Below are positions 36,735 to 48,125 of a stretch of DNA of 64,000 nucleotides, piece by piece; positions within the stretch are counted from its first letter, which is position 1; each line of letters opens with the position of its first letter. Both the position numbers and the translations under genes were made by a program. Source of the DNA: Macrostomum lignano (lineage: Eukaryota); contig NIVC01002235.1 in the NCBI GenBank assembly GCA_002269645.1, forward strand, positions 124,001 to 188,000, in the 5' to 3' direction. Under the pieces are notes generated by a model, which saw only the letters and a program-made list of their open reading frames with translations, was not told the DNA's origin and ran no database searches.

Positions 36735-37700
36735 TTACCCGTCAAACAGTCGCACGATTTGATAATGTCCGAGTTTCTCGGCCAACTGTATACTGGTGAG
36801 ACCATCCTTGTCTTTGTGCAGTGCATTCGCACCGTGGTCAAGCAGCACTTTTGCCGCTCTAACCTGGCCTGTCATGCAAGCCCGAGTGAGAGCCGTTCTG
36901 CCATCATCATCTGTGACGCTGTCAAGGGAGACTTCTATTTCCAGTAGGTGTTGGATTAGTCTGTGCTGACCAGCATCTGCAGCAAGCATCAGCAAGTCGC
37001 CCAGCGGTGCTCTGTCCTCATTTTCTTCTAAAACCTTTTGCAGCAGAGCTTTCGACGTTTCTATGAGGCCGCCTGATACGCAGCGAGCCAAAATCTTCCA
37101 GGCGTCCGATGACGATTCAATAACGTCCAATTTACCTTGCAGAGTTGCTTTTATCGCTGATTTACCGCCAATAATAAGTCTTTTCTCTCCTAGTAGCAAG
37201 TTGAGATCAATGCGGAACTTTTTAAATTTTTCGATCTCAACAGGTGCTGCTTGAAGCTTATTATCTGATGGATTGTAAAAACTGCATTTTAGCACTGGAA
37301 AATGTTTTTTTGATGCAAAACCAGACAAATTTCTCAAATCCAAATTCACATTTTTATCGCTGAAGACGTCAAATTCGGTTAGGTTTGTCATGCGACTGCT
37401 GGGAAAAAACATTTGATTCTTATCGATTATTGACTCGCCTAACCAGTCAATAATTCTTAACTTCTCAATAAAGAGAAATTTGGCGTCAAATATATCCCGC
37501 CAAGTTCGGTAAAATACTCGTAGGAAGTCGGCAAAATTCGGTGGCAGATTCAGTAAAACGAAATCTTTTCTTTTTTTATCCTTTTGAGACTCGATGCAAT
37601 ACTTGTTACGTGTTTTAGTCTCATGCCGAAACACTTCTGTCTGCAAATCTTGGAATTTCCGGCGATCGAATTCTTGATTTGAAACGTTTTCAAAGCTCAT
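36735..37700 (-). CDS. Ankyrin-repeat ORF with an uncharacterised N-terminal region; possible 5' exon of the Mab-21-caspase gene
   Basis: ATG at 37700 (MSFENVSNQEF). Three C-terminal ANK repeats (DLLMLAADAGQ, GRTALTRACMTG, GLTSIQLAEKLGH). Donor GG|gtaatt at 36739/36738 matches the phase of acceptor ttttag|A at 35945. Confidence 0.75.
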   Translation of the reverse strand: MSFENVSNQEFDRRKFQDLQTEVFRHETKTRNKYCIESQKDKKRKDFVLLNLPPNFADFLRVFYRTWRDIFDAKFLFIEKLRIIDWLGESIIDKNQMFFPSSRMTNLTEFDVFSDKNVNLDLRNLSGFASKKHFPVLKCSFYNPSDNKLQAAPVEIEKFKKFRIDLNLLLGEKRLIIGGKSAIKATLQGKLDVIESSSDAWKILARCVSGGLIETSKALLQKVLEENEDRAPLGDLLMLAADAGQHRLIQHLLEIEVSLDSVTDDDGRTALTRACMTGQVRAAKVLLDHGANALHKDKDGLTSIQLAEKLGHYQIVRLFDG

Positions 37701-37989
37701 AATGTAGCTAACTGCACATATAAAAGCAAAGTATGATTTCAACGGACGATGGAGGCAGCCGTATCTCCCTAAAAGCAGAAATAATGGGTGTCGCTTTACA
37801 TCGGTTGATTTTTTGAGTCAAAATTTAATGTACGAGCAACCGTTTTGTGTTCCTATTTGGTTTTCTTCATTCAAATAGCTGGAAGGCATGGCTAAAGTAA
37901 AGAATCTCGCAGAGAGGACCATACGCTAAAATTAGTCTTGGTGGACAAAGAGAGGATTAGGAAATACATATATAGATTTTCACGACATG

Positions 37990-38420
37990 ACTAGCGAACG
38001 GTTTGAAAGTCTGACGGACGTTGAAGTAGATGCCGCCTTGATTCAAAGTACTCTTCCGCCAAACACAATAAGAAAGTGTGAGTGGATGATCGCTACATTT
38101 CGTGAATGGCATCAGTTCAAGAAGAACCAGTGGGCTACATAAGTGGACCATCTTTAATGGTATTAAAGGAGATGGAGGAATTCACGAAGAACTATTTTAA
38201 CTACTTGTTGAAGATGTTTATTCTAGAGGTGAGAACGAAACGGATTGAAAGATATTCGGCCGGCACATTAAAGGACTTTTTTTCAATGCTCCAATATCAC
38301 ATGCGAAACGTGGTCGGCCAACAATGGTGCTTATGGACTGATGTCGAGTTCACCGAAAGCAGGAAGGCTTTAGACTCAGCAATAAAATTCGCAGAAGGTT
38401 ACGACGGAGTCAGTGGCTGA
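37990..38420 (+). mobile_element. Crypton-type (ZMYM/KCTD1/QRICH1 DUF3504-related) N-terminal remnant
   Basis: LPPNTIRKCEWMIATFREW, then after a frame break NYFNYLLKMFILEVRTKRIERYSAGTLKDFFSMLQYHMR...FTESRKALDSAIK, matching the P.NT..W....F..W / L..F..EVR....Y...TL / F...R..LD pattern. Catalytic region absent. Confidence 0.7.
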
Positions 38421-38807
38421 AACTAGGGTGCAGCGAGATGCGGATATTCCTACTAGAAAGAAGATGCGGATTGATGTCAACGGTGAGACCAACAGTGTAG
38501 TTATTAGTTTCGAGTAATTATCCTATAATAACATATAATATCATTCTTCAAATCAATAGTAACTTAACATTAACTTGTTATTAACAAATTCACGTAATTT
38601 TTTTGTTACTTTTCCTTGTTCAATCTGTGTAATTTGCAGTAATTTTCGATTTTGTTTATAATTAAATATAAAGTTTTATTTCCCCCCCCCCGGCGAGCGG
38701 GAAATAAACGAAATTGATATAGCAAAAAGGAAACAATGCCTGGTCGTTTTAGTTTTAGTCTATGGTGAATATGAACTCTGATGGACTCTTTCAAGCCAAA
38801 GAGTTCT

Positions 38808-38976
38808 ATAATTAGCAACCTGGAGTGGAAACGAGTTTTTCACTTTTACCTCATGAGGCCAGACTAGCATAGATAGAGCCAGACAGAGCCATAGACATTC
38901 AGTGCTGGCTCCTTATCTTAACAATTTGCGTGGCCTCATGAGGTAAAACTCGTTTCCACTCCACCTTGCTAATTAT
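38808..38976. mobile_element. About 170-bp MITE-like foldback
   Basis: ATAATTAGCAACCTGGAGTGGAAACGAGTTTT...TACCTCATGAGGCCA at the left end is the inverted counterpart of TGGCCTCATGAGGTAAAACTCGTTTCCACTCCACCTTGCTAATTAT at the right end. Confidence 0.7.
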
Positions 38977-40179
38977 CCAACTCCTTGTTTCAAGCGCACC
39001 AAATTCATGGACGAAATAAAAACCAAATAGGAAGCAAAAAGTAACTATCTACCTTTTCGACGATTTGACCTTTCACGATAGTTCCCCTAGCTCCTTATAA
39101 ATGTAGGTAAGGCTTTGCAAAATACAAACTGATTGTACGGGGCTATTTAAAAAGAGTAGCCTTAAATACTCACAAAGTTTAGGAAAGGTTCATTTGCTTC
39201 ATGACTTGCACTGTAAACAATTTTTCGTACAATTTACCCTGTGTCACTCACAGTGGCCCTTTAATATAATAATAAGTATGATGAAATTCATGATTTTTAC
39301 TCACCAAAAAGTGTGGAAGATGACAAGCTCAGGTGAGTGGCTGCATACAAGAGACTGATAATGTGCTTTTGCTTTTTCTGTTCCCTGCTTGCTTTTCCGA
39401 ACTGTTTTTATGACAGAATATTTCCGGCCCTTACGCACGTACATTTATCTCGGTTTTGAAAAACTGACGAAGTGCAGTTGCGTACAGCTGTGCTACTACA
39501 CTCGTATTTAAACTAGTTGCTTTACGGCTAGCAGGCATTGCAGACAATAAAAAGGGACTGTCGAAATAGCTTAGATAGACCTCGTACTCATGAAATTTTT
39601 GGTGCGCTAGAAACACAGCAAGAGAGAAAAAGAGGCAGAGAGAGTGAAAAATACATGTACACACAATGACAGAGAGGCAATAATGCAGCTCATTTACCGG
39701 TTTTATTCTCTGGAATGTACTGGCAAAACCCTGAGATACGAGTAAAAATAACAATTCGTGAGAAAAATTGGACTCTTCAGTCTTGAGGCGGAAAGCCTTT
39801 GAAGTTTAATCGATGTAATGGCAGTTTTCGTGGCGTGATAAACGTCGCCAACCCCCCCCCCTGGCTTAGCGAGCCGGCTAGCTTGGCGCATACACCCATC
39901 TCAGCTAGACAGAGGTTGGGGGGTTTCCAGTGCGGCTGCACTGGTGCTTGCCAGTCGCGTACATACTGGCCGCCACAGTCTTCACTTTTAAAAAATTTAT
40001 ATTACAATCTAAATTTTAACTAAAAATTGACAAAATTGCGTTTCATACTACTCAAACAACGTTTCTTCAGTAGTGCTATTTAAACATTAATTAAATTGAA
40101 ACATTCAAAAATGAAGTATTTTTTTCGAAGCTGATGGACCTTGAAGTTAAAAAGATCATACACATATTTTTTTAGTTGG

Positions 40180-40318
40180 AGGCAGGGGGTTGTGTGCACT
40201 CTGGCGCACTTTAAGCGACATTGTCGCACAACCGGCGAGAGGCATTACTGCCTGCCAATTCCGCCGAGCAGCCACACAAGCGCGCGGATACGTACGCAGT
40301 CATACGCACAGGCACACA
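40180..40318 (-). mobile_element. SINE family B, 3' half (split copy)
   Basis: Ends GCACAGGCACACA; the intact copy near 19310 continues CTCACACAGGAGTG, found here at 45704. Confidence 0.75.
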
Positions 40319-43300
40319 TTGGGGTGCTTTCACAAGGTTGAAATTTCACAACGTCGAGAAGCAAATTATTGCACAAGGTCGAAATTTCACAACGTCGAAA
40401 ACTCGAAAATCAGCCACTTTCATAAGGTCAAAATTTCATAACATCGAAACTCAAATAGCTATTAAAACAAAAATATATAATAATTGATGGGTTCGGCCTT
40501 TTTAAGCCTATAGCTTCGGGTCTCAGAATTCAGAAATGAATCACTTACAACAACAACAACAGAGTACGCTGTCAGTTCGCAAAAGCAGCGTCAGATGGCG
40601 CGCTTCGAAGCTTGGGCGCGAACAAAGGCCGCACCGCCGGCAGAGTCCGGGGCGCCGGCGTCAGCCAGCAGACAGTCGACGTAGCGCCGAGTCCTCGCCT
40701 GTCCCCGCCGGTAGGGTGCCTGCAACGTAAGTAGCAGCACCTCCTGCACCGGCTCCGGACAGTAGGCCTCGGCGCGGATGACGTGGCCTGCCAGCTGGAG
40801 TCGCCGACGGCGCAGCAGATCGCTAGGACGGGCCAGGCCGGCGCGATGATAGAGCGCCGTGTTGGTGACTCGCTCGTTGCCGATCTTGAAGGCGGCGCGC
40901 AGCAGGCCAGCGTGCGCCGCGTCGACTTGAGCCTCGAGCGAGTCTGTCAGCGTCCAGGTCTCGGCGTTGTATAACAGGACGGTCTCGATCACCGCCTGGA
41001 ACAGCGCCGCTCTCTGGCGGTCCGGTAGGGCCTCGGACTGCAGGACTGACCTTATAGAACGAAAGGCAGCCCAGGCAAGTCCTCGGCGACGCCGCAGATC
41101 CTCGCGGACGTCGGGAACCAGACCGCCGAGGTAGACGAACTGCTGACATCTTGGAAGCTCACTCGCCTGTCCGTCAGCGCCTCGGCAGAAGATTGCAGCC
41201 TCGGTGTCGTCCGGCACGCATAGCACGACGGTCTTCTGCGTGTTGACCACCAGGCCGACGCTCGCCGCAACGGCAACCAGCCTATCCAGCTGTCGATGGG
41301 CGCCCTCGACGGTCGAGGACAGCAGGGCGAGGTCATCGGCGTAGCCAAGCAAGCTGAGCCGTCTCTCCGGTTGGCGTCGACCCACGCGTCGCCGCAGCAG
41401 GAAGCCGTCGTCATTGGAAGGCAGAGCAGTCCGTAGCACCCAGTCAAGCACCAGAATAAATAGGAACGGCGCTAGCGTATCTCCCTGGAGCACCCCGGAG
41501 GATGTCTCGAAGAAATCCGATAGGCCGTCCGGTGTTGAGACAGCAGCCGTCGTGCCGTGGTACAGCGCCATGACAGCAGAAATCAGCAGCTCTGGCACGT
41601 TGTACGCACGGAGCACCTCTGGGAGCGCGTCCCTCACGACCGAGTCGAAGGCCTTCCTGAAATCGACGAAGATCAGGATCACGGTCAACTGGCGGATGCG
41701 CGCCTCCTCGATGACTCGCCGAAGAGCCAGGATCTGCGTCACTGTGCCGCGATGGGGCCGGAATCCGTTCTGCTCAGGCCGCAGGTACGGGTCCAGCACA
41801 GGCTGTAACCGCGATAGCAGCATGCGGTTGAACAGCTTCGCGGCGCAGGACTGTAGGCAGATGCCTCGATGCTCCTCGAGCTTGGTGGTGGCCGGCTTCT
41901 TTGGAATGGCGACGATGTGCGCCGCGGTCCATTCGTTTGGCGCCACCTCACCGGAAAGCACGCGGTTCATCACCCTGGCGACCTCAGTGGCCACGTAGTG
42001 GATCCGCAGCGCCTCGGTGGGCACCTCGTCCGGACCAAGCGCTTTGCCGCCCGGCGACTGCCGAGCGAACTTCACAACGTTGGCTGTGCTGACTGGGGCA
42101 ACATTGAAGCTCTCCTCTGCCGGCAACGGCGAGTCGAACGCCGTCGCGAGCGAAACTGGCGAGGTCGGCAACGTGGCGCTGCCCGCCGAGCTGCTGCTGC
42201 GCTGGCCCAATTGGATCTTCCGGGTGGCGCCGGGGACCATGAGGCTCACCAGCACCGAGCCCCAGCCGTACCAGAGGGCACGCTTCGGGTCGGGACGCTG
42301 AACTGCCGCACTCTCAAGGCCACATGGCGGAGAGGGCTGCTGGCGAGGCTAGCGCTCGACCTCAGCTGTGATGTCATCGCACTACAGGAGGTGTCTATCA
42401 GAGCCGACCCCGGACTTCACTGTGAGGACCTGGGCGCCGGTTGGACACTCTGGTACACCTCAGCGGATGAGCGAGGCCGTGGAGGAGTTGGAGCGCTGAT
42501 CGGACCGAGGCTGCAGCAGAGCTGTCGCTGCGTCTCCCTGTCTTCTCGGCTGCTTCGGGTCGACGTCCGACTTCGCGGCCGGAACGCCCGCCTGTTCTGC
42601 GCGTACGCGCCGCCTGCTACCCGCTCCGATGAGGCTCAGGCCTTCTTCGAGCAACTCTCGGTGCGGGTGGAGGAGATGGCGCAACGTGACACAGTGGTCA
42701 TTCTCGGAGACCTGAACGCAGTTCTGCGTAGGTCCGAGCGATCGCTGTTCGTGACAGCGCGCGAGAACGGCAACACCGGAGCGCTAGAGGACTTCCTGGA
42801 GAGACAGGATATGGTGTCGGCCAACACCAGATTCCGCCAAGTCACCGGGCAGGCTCGCGACCTTCGTGGGCTGCAAGCGGAGGCGGCGGAACGCGCGCGG
42901 CCGGAACGCTACGCGGAGGCTGGCACAGCTCGACCACGTGCTTGTGCGCTTTCGTGAGCGCCGCCGCGTCACCAACTGCCGCATCATTACGCCGCTGGCT
43001 CTGCGGTCCGACCATCGGCTGCTCATCTGCGACCTTCGGCTTCGGGACCCGCTCTACCGTCCGCCAAAGCGGCCACCGCGGCGCTACTACCGCGCGCTCA
43101 GGGACGCCGAGACGCGACGTCGCTTTGCCGGTGCCTTTGTCACTGCGCTGGGCGACAAGCGTGGAGGAGCCGAGTACGCGGAGGTGAGCGCTGCAGTTCG
43201 AGCCGCTGCGGAGCATGCAGTCCCGCTGATGCGACCGGCCCAGCGCGGGCAGCCGGTCTGGCAGGACGACCCCGCGATCGACGAAGCGAGGGAAGATCTG

Positions 43301-45702
43301 GAGAGGCTCCGTCTGAGTGGGCGGCAAACTCGCGAGGCGGAGGAGGCTCCGGCGGCTGTCTACCTGCAGCGGCAGCAGTCTGCTGTCGATGACGCCATCC
43401 AAGCCGTCTCTGCCGCAGGGCCCGATGCCAGAGGGCGCGTGGCCTGGTCCGTCATCAACACTCTGACGGGGCGAAAGCGGAGCATCGCGGCGCAAGCGGC
43501 GCATGGCAGGCGACACTCCGGATGAGCGCAGGAACGAGCTGCGCGAGTTCTTCGCCGCCATTGTCAACGCGCCGCCCCCTCCGCTTCCAGAAAATCTGAG
43601 GTTGCCGCCGGAGAATCACTTAGAACTCTGGCCTCTCACTCCTGTCAGATGGTCAGCCCCATGGTAGCTAGATTGTGGGCGAGCAGCAAGGTCCTATAGC
43701 TAGGAGAAGACAGCGAGAGACAAGCAGGGAGAATTTGAAAGGTAGAGATTAGCTAATCCGCAGTTTAATAACCCGCTGCCACCAGTCCGTGCGCCCCGGC
43801 TCACCAAACCGGAGCTATCGAAATCGGACTTCCGACTAAAGGGCACTGCACTTTCCTGCCATCTAGTGTCTTTTAGCTGTCTAAATCTCGAAGTCATAGC
43901 CGAATAGAAGGGACGCTGCTGGGACTAAGATCGCATTGGCCATGCAGGGACAGAGAGGACTTTTGCAGGGGGTTCTTGCGCTGGCGAGCCTTCATACACT
44001 ACTAAATGTCTATTTGATTACCAAATTCCAAAGTTCATGTATAAGTACACGTAACTGCACGCTTTTGGCACTAAATGTGTTAACACGTCGACAGATAGCG
44101 ATGATGTAGATGTATTGTTACTTTTGGAGACCTTCAGACTAATATTTATCTCGTTTTAGCCGCTTAGCTGCCTGAGACCGCGCGAAAGCGCCAGTCTGGC
44201 ACTTAATTCGCATGCTTATCATGATTTCTGAGATCGACTGATTGACTGAGAACTGCGCCGCTTCGGGTCCATTGTGACCTCTGCCCCTAGATCTAGCCAC
44301 TCATCTCAGCTGGCATTGCGAAGAAAGAAAGAAAACGCTAAGTCTTTAATTTCCAGATTTAACTTTCTCACTTAATCCGCAATCCTTGACACTTTAGATT
44401 GGGTTAGAGCGAATGGCTACTTTTAATATTAACTGACAATTCTGCCTTGAGATTGGCACACAAAAGCAAGTAAGCAAAAGTGCAAATCCTATCGGAAGGG
44501 GTCAGACAAAGGGCGCACCCAGTTAAGCAGGTCAAGAAAGCCTCTCACCAAACCAATCAGAGGACCTATCTGCCGGTAGCCAAGGAATCCACAGAGACCG
44601 AAGCGCTCAGACGGGATGCTGCTGCCGATCTTAACTGATGCGTGACGCCGTTGCTCTTCTCTCGCCGGTGGTTGATGCTGCTCTTAGCTCACGGCCGGGA
44701 AGTACTGACGATGCCTTTCAGGGGGGTCTTGGCTGTTGTAGCCGAAGTTGCCGGGGGAGAAAGGACCAGACGTCGAAGACGCTGCAGAAGCCGAAGGGGA
44801 TCAGGTCGGCAGGTCTGGCCAAGGCCAAGGCAAGGAAAACGACCGGTTTCTCGAGCGCGGTTCGAGTTGCCGCCTTTTATAGCTCTCACGCGGCCGATTT
44901 GTTATAACGCACGCCGAATTTTCCGATTGGCTGAGAGCTTTTGTTAAAATAGGCGCCGAATTTTCTGATTGGCAGTCAAGTCGACTCTGATTGGCTGAGC
45001 TCAAGACCCCAAAACCCACCCCACCAGGTGGCCTTCAGACCCCAGGGAAGATGACAGGTGCGGTCATAAATCATGCGCAAAACATAATAAAAGCCACTTG
45101 TCTAGACACACTGGCGCCAAAAGTGACTGCAAAACGCCCATAAATTAAAGGAGAAAGTAACAGAGCGAGTGGGGAGAAAGCTAGAAAGACCTCTTTGACC
45201 CAGACAGGCTGGAGCCAAAAGTGACAGCTAGACCGCCATAAATCACTGAAAACAGTGAAAAAGCCGCAAATCTGGGGGTCAGAATGGGGTTGAAACCATT
45301 CCTCCCAGACTTAGTGTCGCCCATCTAGACTGCTAGAGGTCAATCCGTCTCAAACCCAGACAGTCTGACCTTCAAAGATGCGTAAACAATCCGAAATTAG
45401 AATCCTAAGAGAAGTACATTGAGTATTTATCATAATTAATAGTGATAGCATAAATTAGTGTAGAACTTAGCCTGGATAAGAGAATGGAGAGAGATTCCTA
45501 AGCTAGCCTACTGACAGTAGGGGAAAAGCGCATCGAAGCGAAATGTGCGGTTTTAAGATTGAAAAAAGATGCGTCTTCATCAATATAAACATTGACACAA
45601 TGAAAACTTTAGTTTTCTACATTGTGAAATTTCCACCTTGTGAAAGTGGCTGCTATTCGAGTTTTCGATGTTATGAAATTTCGACCTTGTGAAACCCCCC
45701 CC
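40319..45702. mobile_element. TIR-bounded DNA element hosting the RTE insertion
   Basis: Left end GGGGTGCTTTCACAAGGTTGAAATTTCACAACGTCGA; reverse complement of right end GGGGGTTTCACAAGGTCGAAATTTCATAACATCGA; both ends carry repeated TTTCACAAGGTNGAAATTTCA units. Superfamily not determined. Confidence 0.65.
40547..43612 (-). mobile_element. RTE-clade non-LTR retrotransposon with 5' inversion and 9-bp TSD
   Basis: RT on minus 40591-about 42131 (KALGPD, YLRPEQNGFR, FVDFRKAFDSV, GVLQGDTLAP, LGYADDLALL). APE endonuclease on plus about 42131-43612 (VGTLNCRTL, DVIALQEV, ILGDLNA, LDHVLV, SDHRLL) with frameshifts. (GTT)n 3' tail. GAATCACTT at 40538-40546 and 43613-43621. Confidence 0.92.
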
Positions 45703-45703
45703 C

Positions 45704-45850
45704 ACACACTCACACAGGAGTGTACAGCGGCTCTAATTTAAGAGACTTTGAACCTCAAAGCCGTTAATTGCACGAGCAGAGCCAAGCCGAGATCCCAATT
45801 CAGTCCCAAATTAATGTGACTGCACTTGGAATCGAGCCTGGACCACTGGG
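45704..45850 (-). mobile_element. SINE family B, 5' half (split copy)
   Basis: ACACACTCACACAGGAGTGTACAGCGG...GCACTTGGAATCGAGCCTGG, homologous to 12000-12175. Confidence 0.75.
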
Positions 45851-46224
45851 CTCTTTGTCAGAGAAAGAAATGAAGGATCAGTTAGCACTTCCCTGTGCAG
45901 GACTGCAGGGGGTTGCCAGTTGTTTCTTCACTGTCCATGCTTTCAATATTGAAGCAGCAACATCCTGCAGCAACTGTTGTCTGTTGTTCGGTCTGCGCAT
46001 AGCCGTCAAAACTGACTGACAGCTCTTTGGCAGCGGTCAGTCTGAATCGGACAGTAGATATGGAACCGCAATTTTTTGTATGGAGATATTCAGTATGCCC
46101 ACGAAGCTGCTCCCTTTGCATGAAACTATTACTAAAAATTAAAAAAAACGATGAAAGTCTCTGGAAAAGGCTAAAGTTTACATGAGGCTTAAAAATTTCA
46201 AACGTCCAAATATAATAGAGGTTG

Positions 46225-46850
46225 AGCACCTAATAGAGACTGAGAGACTAATAGAGATTGAGAGCCTATTAGAGATTGAGAGACTAATAGAAATTGAGAG
46301 CCTAGTGGAAATTGAGAGCCCAATAGAGATTGAGAGACTAATAGAGATTGAGCGCCTAATGAAAATTGAGAGCCTAATAGAGATTGAGCGCCTAATGAAA
46401 ATTGAGAGCCTAATAGAGATTGAGAGAGCCTAATAGAGATAGAGCGCCTAATAGAGGCTAATAGCCTAATAGAGATTGAGCGCCTAATAGAGGCTAATAG
46501 CCTAATAGAGATTGAGCGCCAAAAAGAGATTGAGAGACTAATAGAAATTGAGAGCCTAATAGAGATGGAGCGCCTAATAGAGATTGAGCGCCTAATAGAG
46601 ATTGAGCGCCTAATAAAGATTGAGCGCCTAATAGAGATTGAGAGAGCCTAATAGAGATAGAGCGCCTAATAGAGGCTAATAGCCTAATAGAGATTGAGCG
46701 CCTAATAGAGACTAATAGCCTAATAGAGAGTGAGCGCCTAATAGAGATTGAGCGCCGAATGGAGATTGAGCGCCTAATAAAGATTAAGCGCCTAATAGAG
46801 ATTGAGCGCCTAATAGAGGTTGGGCGCCTAATAGAGATTGAGCGCCTAAT
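46225..46850. repeat. 18-bp minisatellite (GAGATTGAGCGCCTAATA)n
   Basis: Tandem degenerate units. Confidence 0.92.
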
Positions 46851-48125
46851 ATAGAGTTAAAGCTCCAAATTTAGTGTTTAGTGCTCGTTACAGTGTCCAC
46901 TGTACATGTACCAAACCCATATGTCCATATTAACCTAAACAGACTTTGCTGACTCGGCTCTGTGACTATACGAGTAAAAGGAAACTTTAAATCAAAAGTG
47001 GAACATTGTGCATGTAGGGTGCGGTAAGAATGTTACGCTTGCGGTGGTGCAGTAATCCAATTGTCTCATATGACAATAGGTTGTTCATAATTTACCATCT
47101 AAAACATGTGTATGCAAATAGTAAGCAGACAAGAATACACCTGTCTGCCTGACTCCATCGCGTGGGAAAATATTGTGAATAGAGAAAAGAAAACTATGTG
47201 AAAATGCATGTTGAAAAGCTTCGAATGTCATGAAAAGCTGCGGCTGGATGGCAGCACATTCTATAGGCAATAAATAAACTCTTATAACTTTTGTATTGTG
47301 CTTTATATTTTGTATTCTCCCCCCCATGTGTCACACTTACCCAAACCCGCAGGTTTATACAGGCCGTTGTATTTCTTCACCTAAGCAATGGCACACTCCA
47401 TTTTGCAATCGCAATGCGTCATACAATTTACAGTTTTCATTTTCAATTGTGACCTTCGAGACCTCAGCTCTAGAAAATGCTAACACCTGTAGTGACTGGC
47501 TTTTATACCTATTTTTGCCTCAACTACTGAAGCCCTTTAAGTGTTAAATTAGTGACAAAATATCTTCCTCGTGGTATTTTTCATTCTCTCTCGCTTCGCT
47601 TCAAATTTGCATTCAAATTTGCACAGAATTCAATACAGCCGCTCCGCATAATGAACCGAACAATCTTCGCAGATAGTAAAACTCGAATATTCTATAAGAT
47701 GATCATAAAAAGCTACTTTATTATATCTGGCCTTATTTTGGCTTTTTTACGACTGTTGAACTCTCGCGAACTACTTGGGTCTGCTCAACTATTTTGAAGG
47801 TGTGAAAATACTGCTGCACACTGGGGCCTCGCTGCTTCACTATTCTAAGTTGCATTTCATTGAATTAAAAAGCTGCAAATAAAGATAGAAGATGGCGATA
47901 CGATGCCCCCCCCCCCTCTACAAAAGATGTCGAGTCAGGGCAGTTCACCCATTGGCTGAGCCTTCCATTGGCGGGGATCCGGCCCGCGCCGCTGCCCTCA
48001 TCCCCCGTCTCAGCCTCCTCCCCAACACCTTCTCTATTCATCCATGGTCCGCGCATCTGTATAAATCAAGCCCAATAAACTCCCACTTGTCTAACGTAAA
48101 GAATTCTGAAGGTTCAGCTTAACAA

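Noticed and set aside
39170-39760. Exon-like minus-strand segments upstream of the ANK ORF
   Set aside because: Splice-like signals exist but no protein similarity; could be UTR exons and cannot be supported without transcripts.
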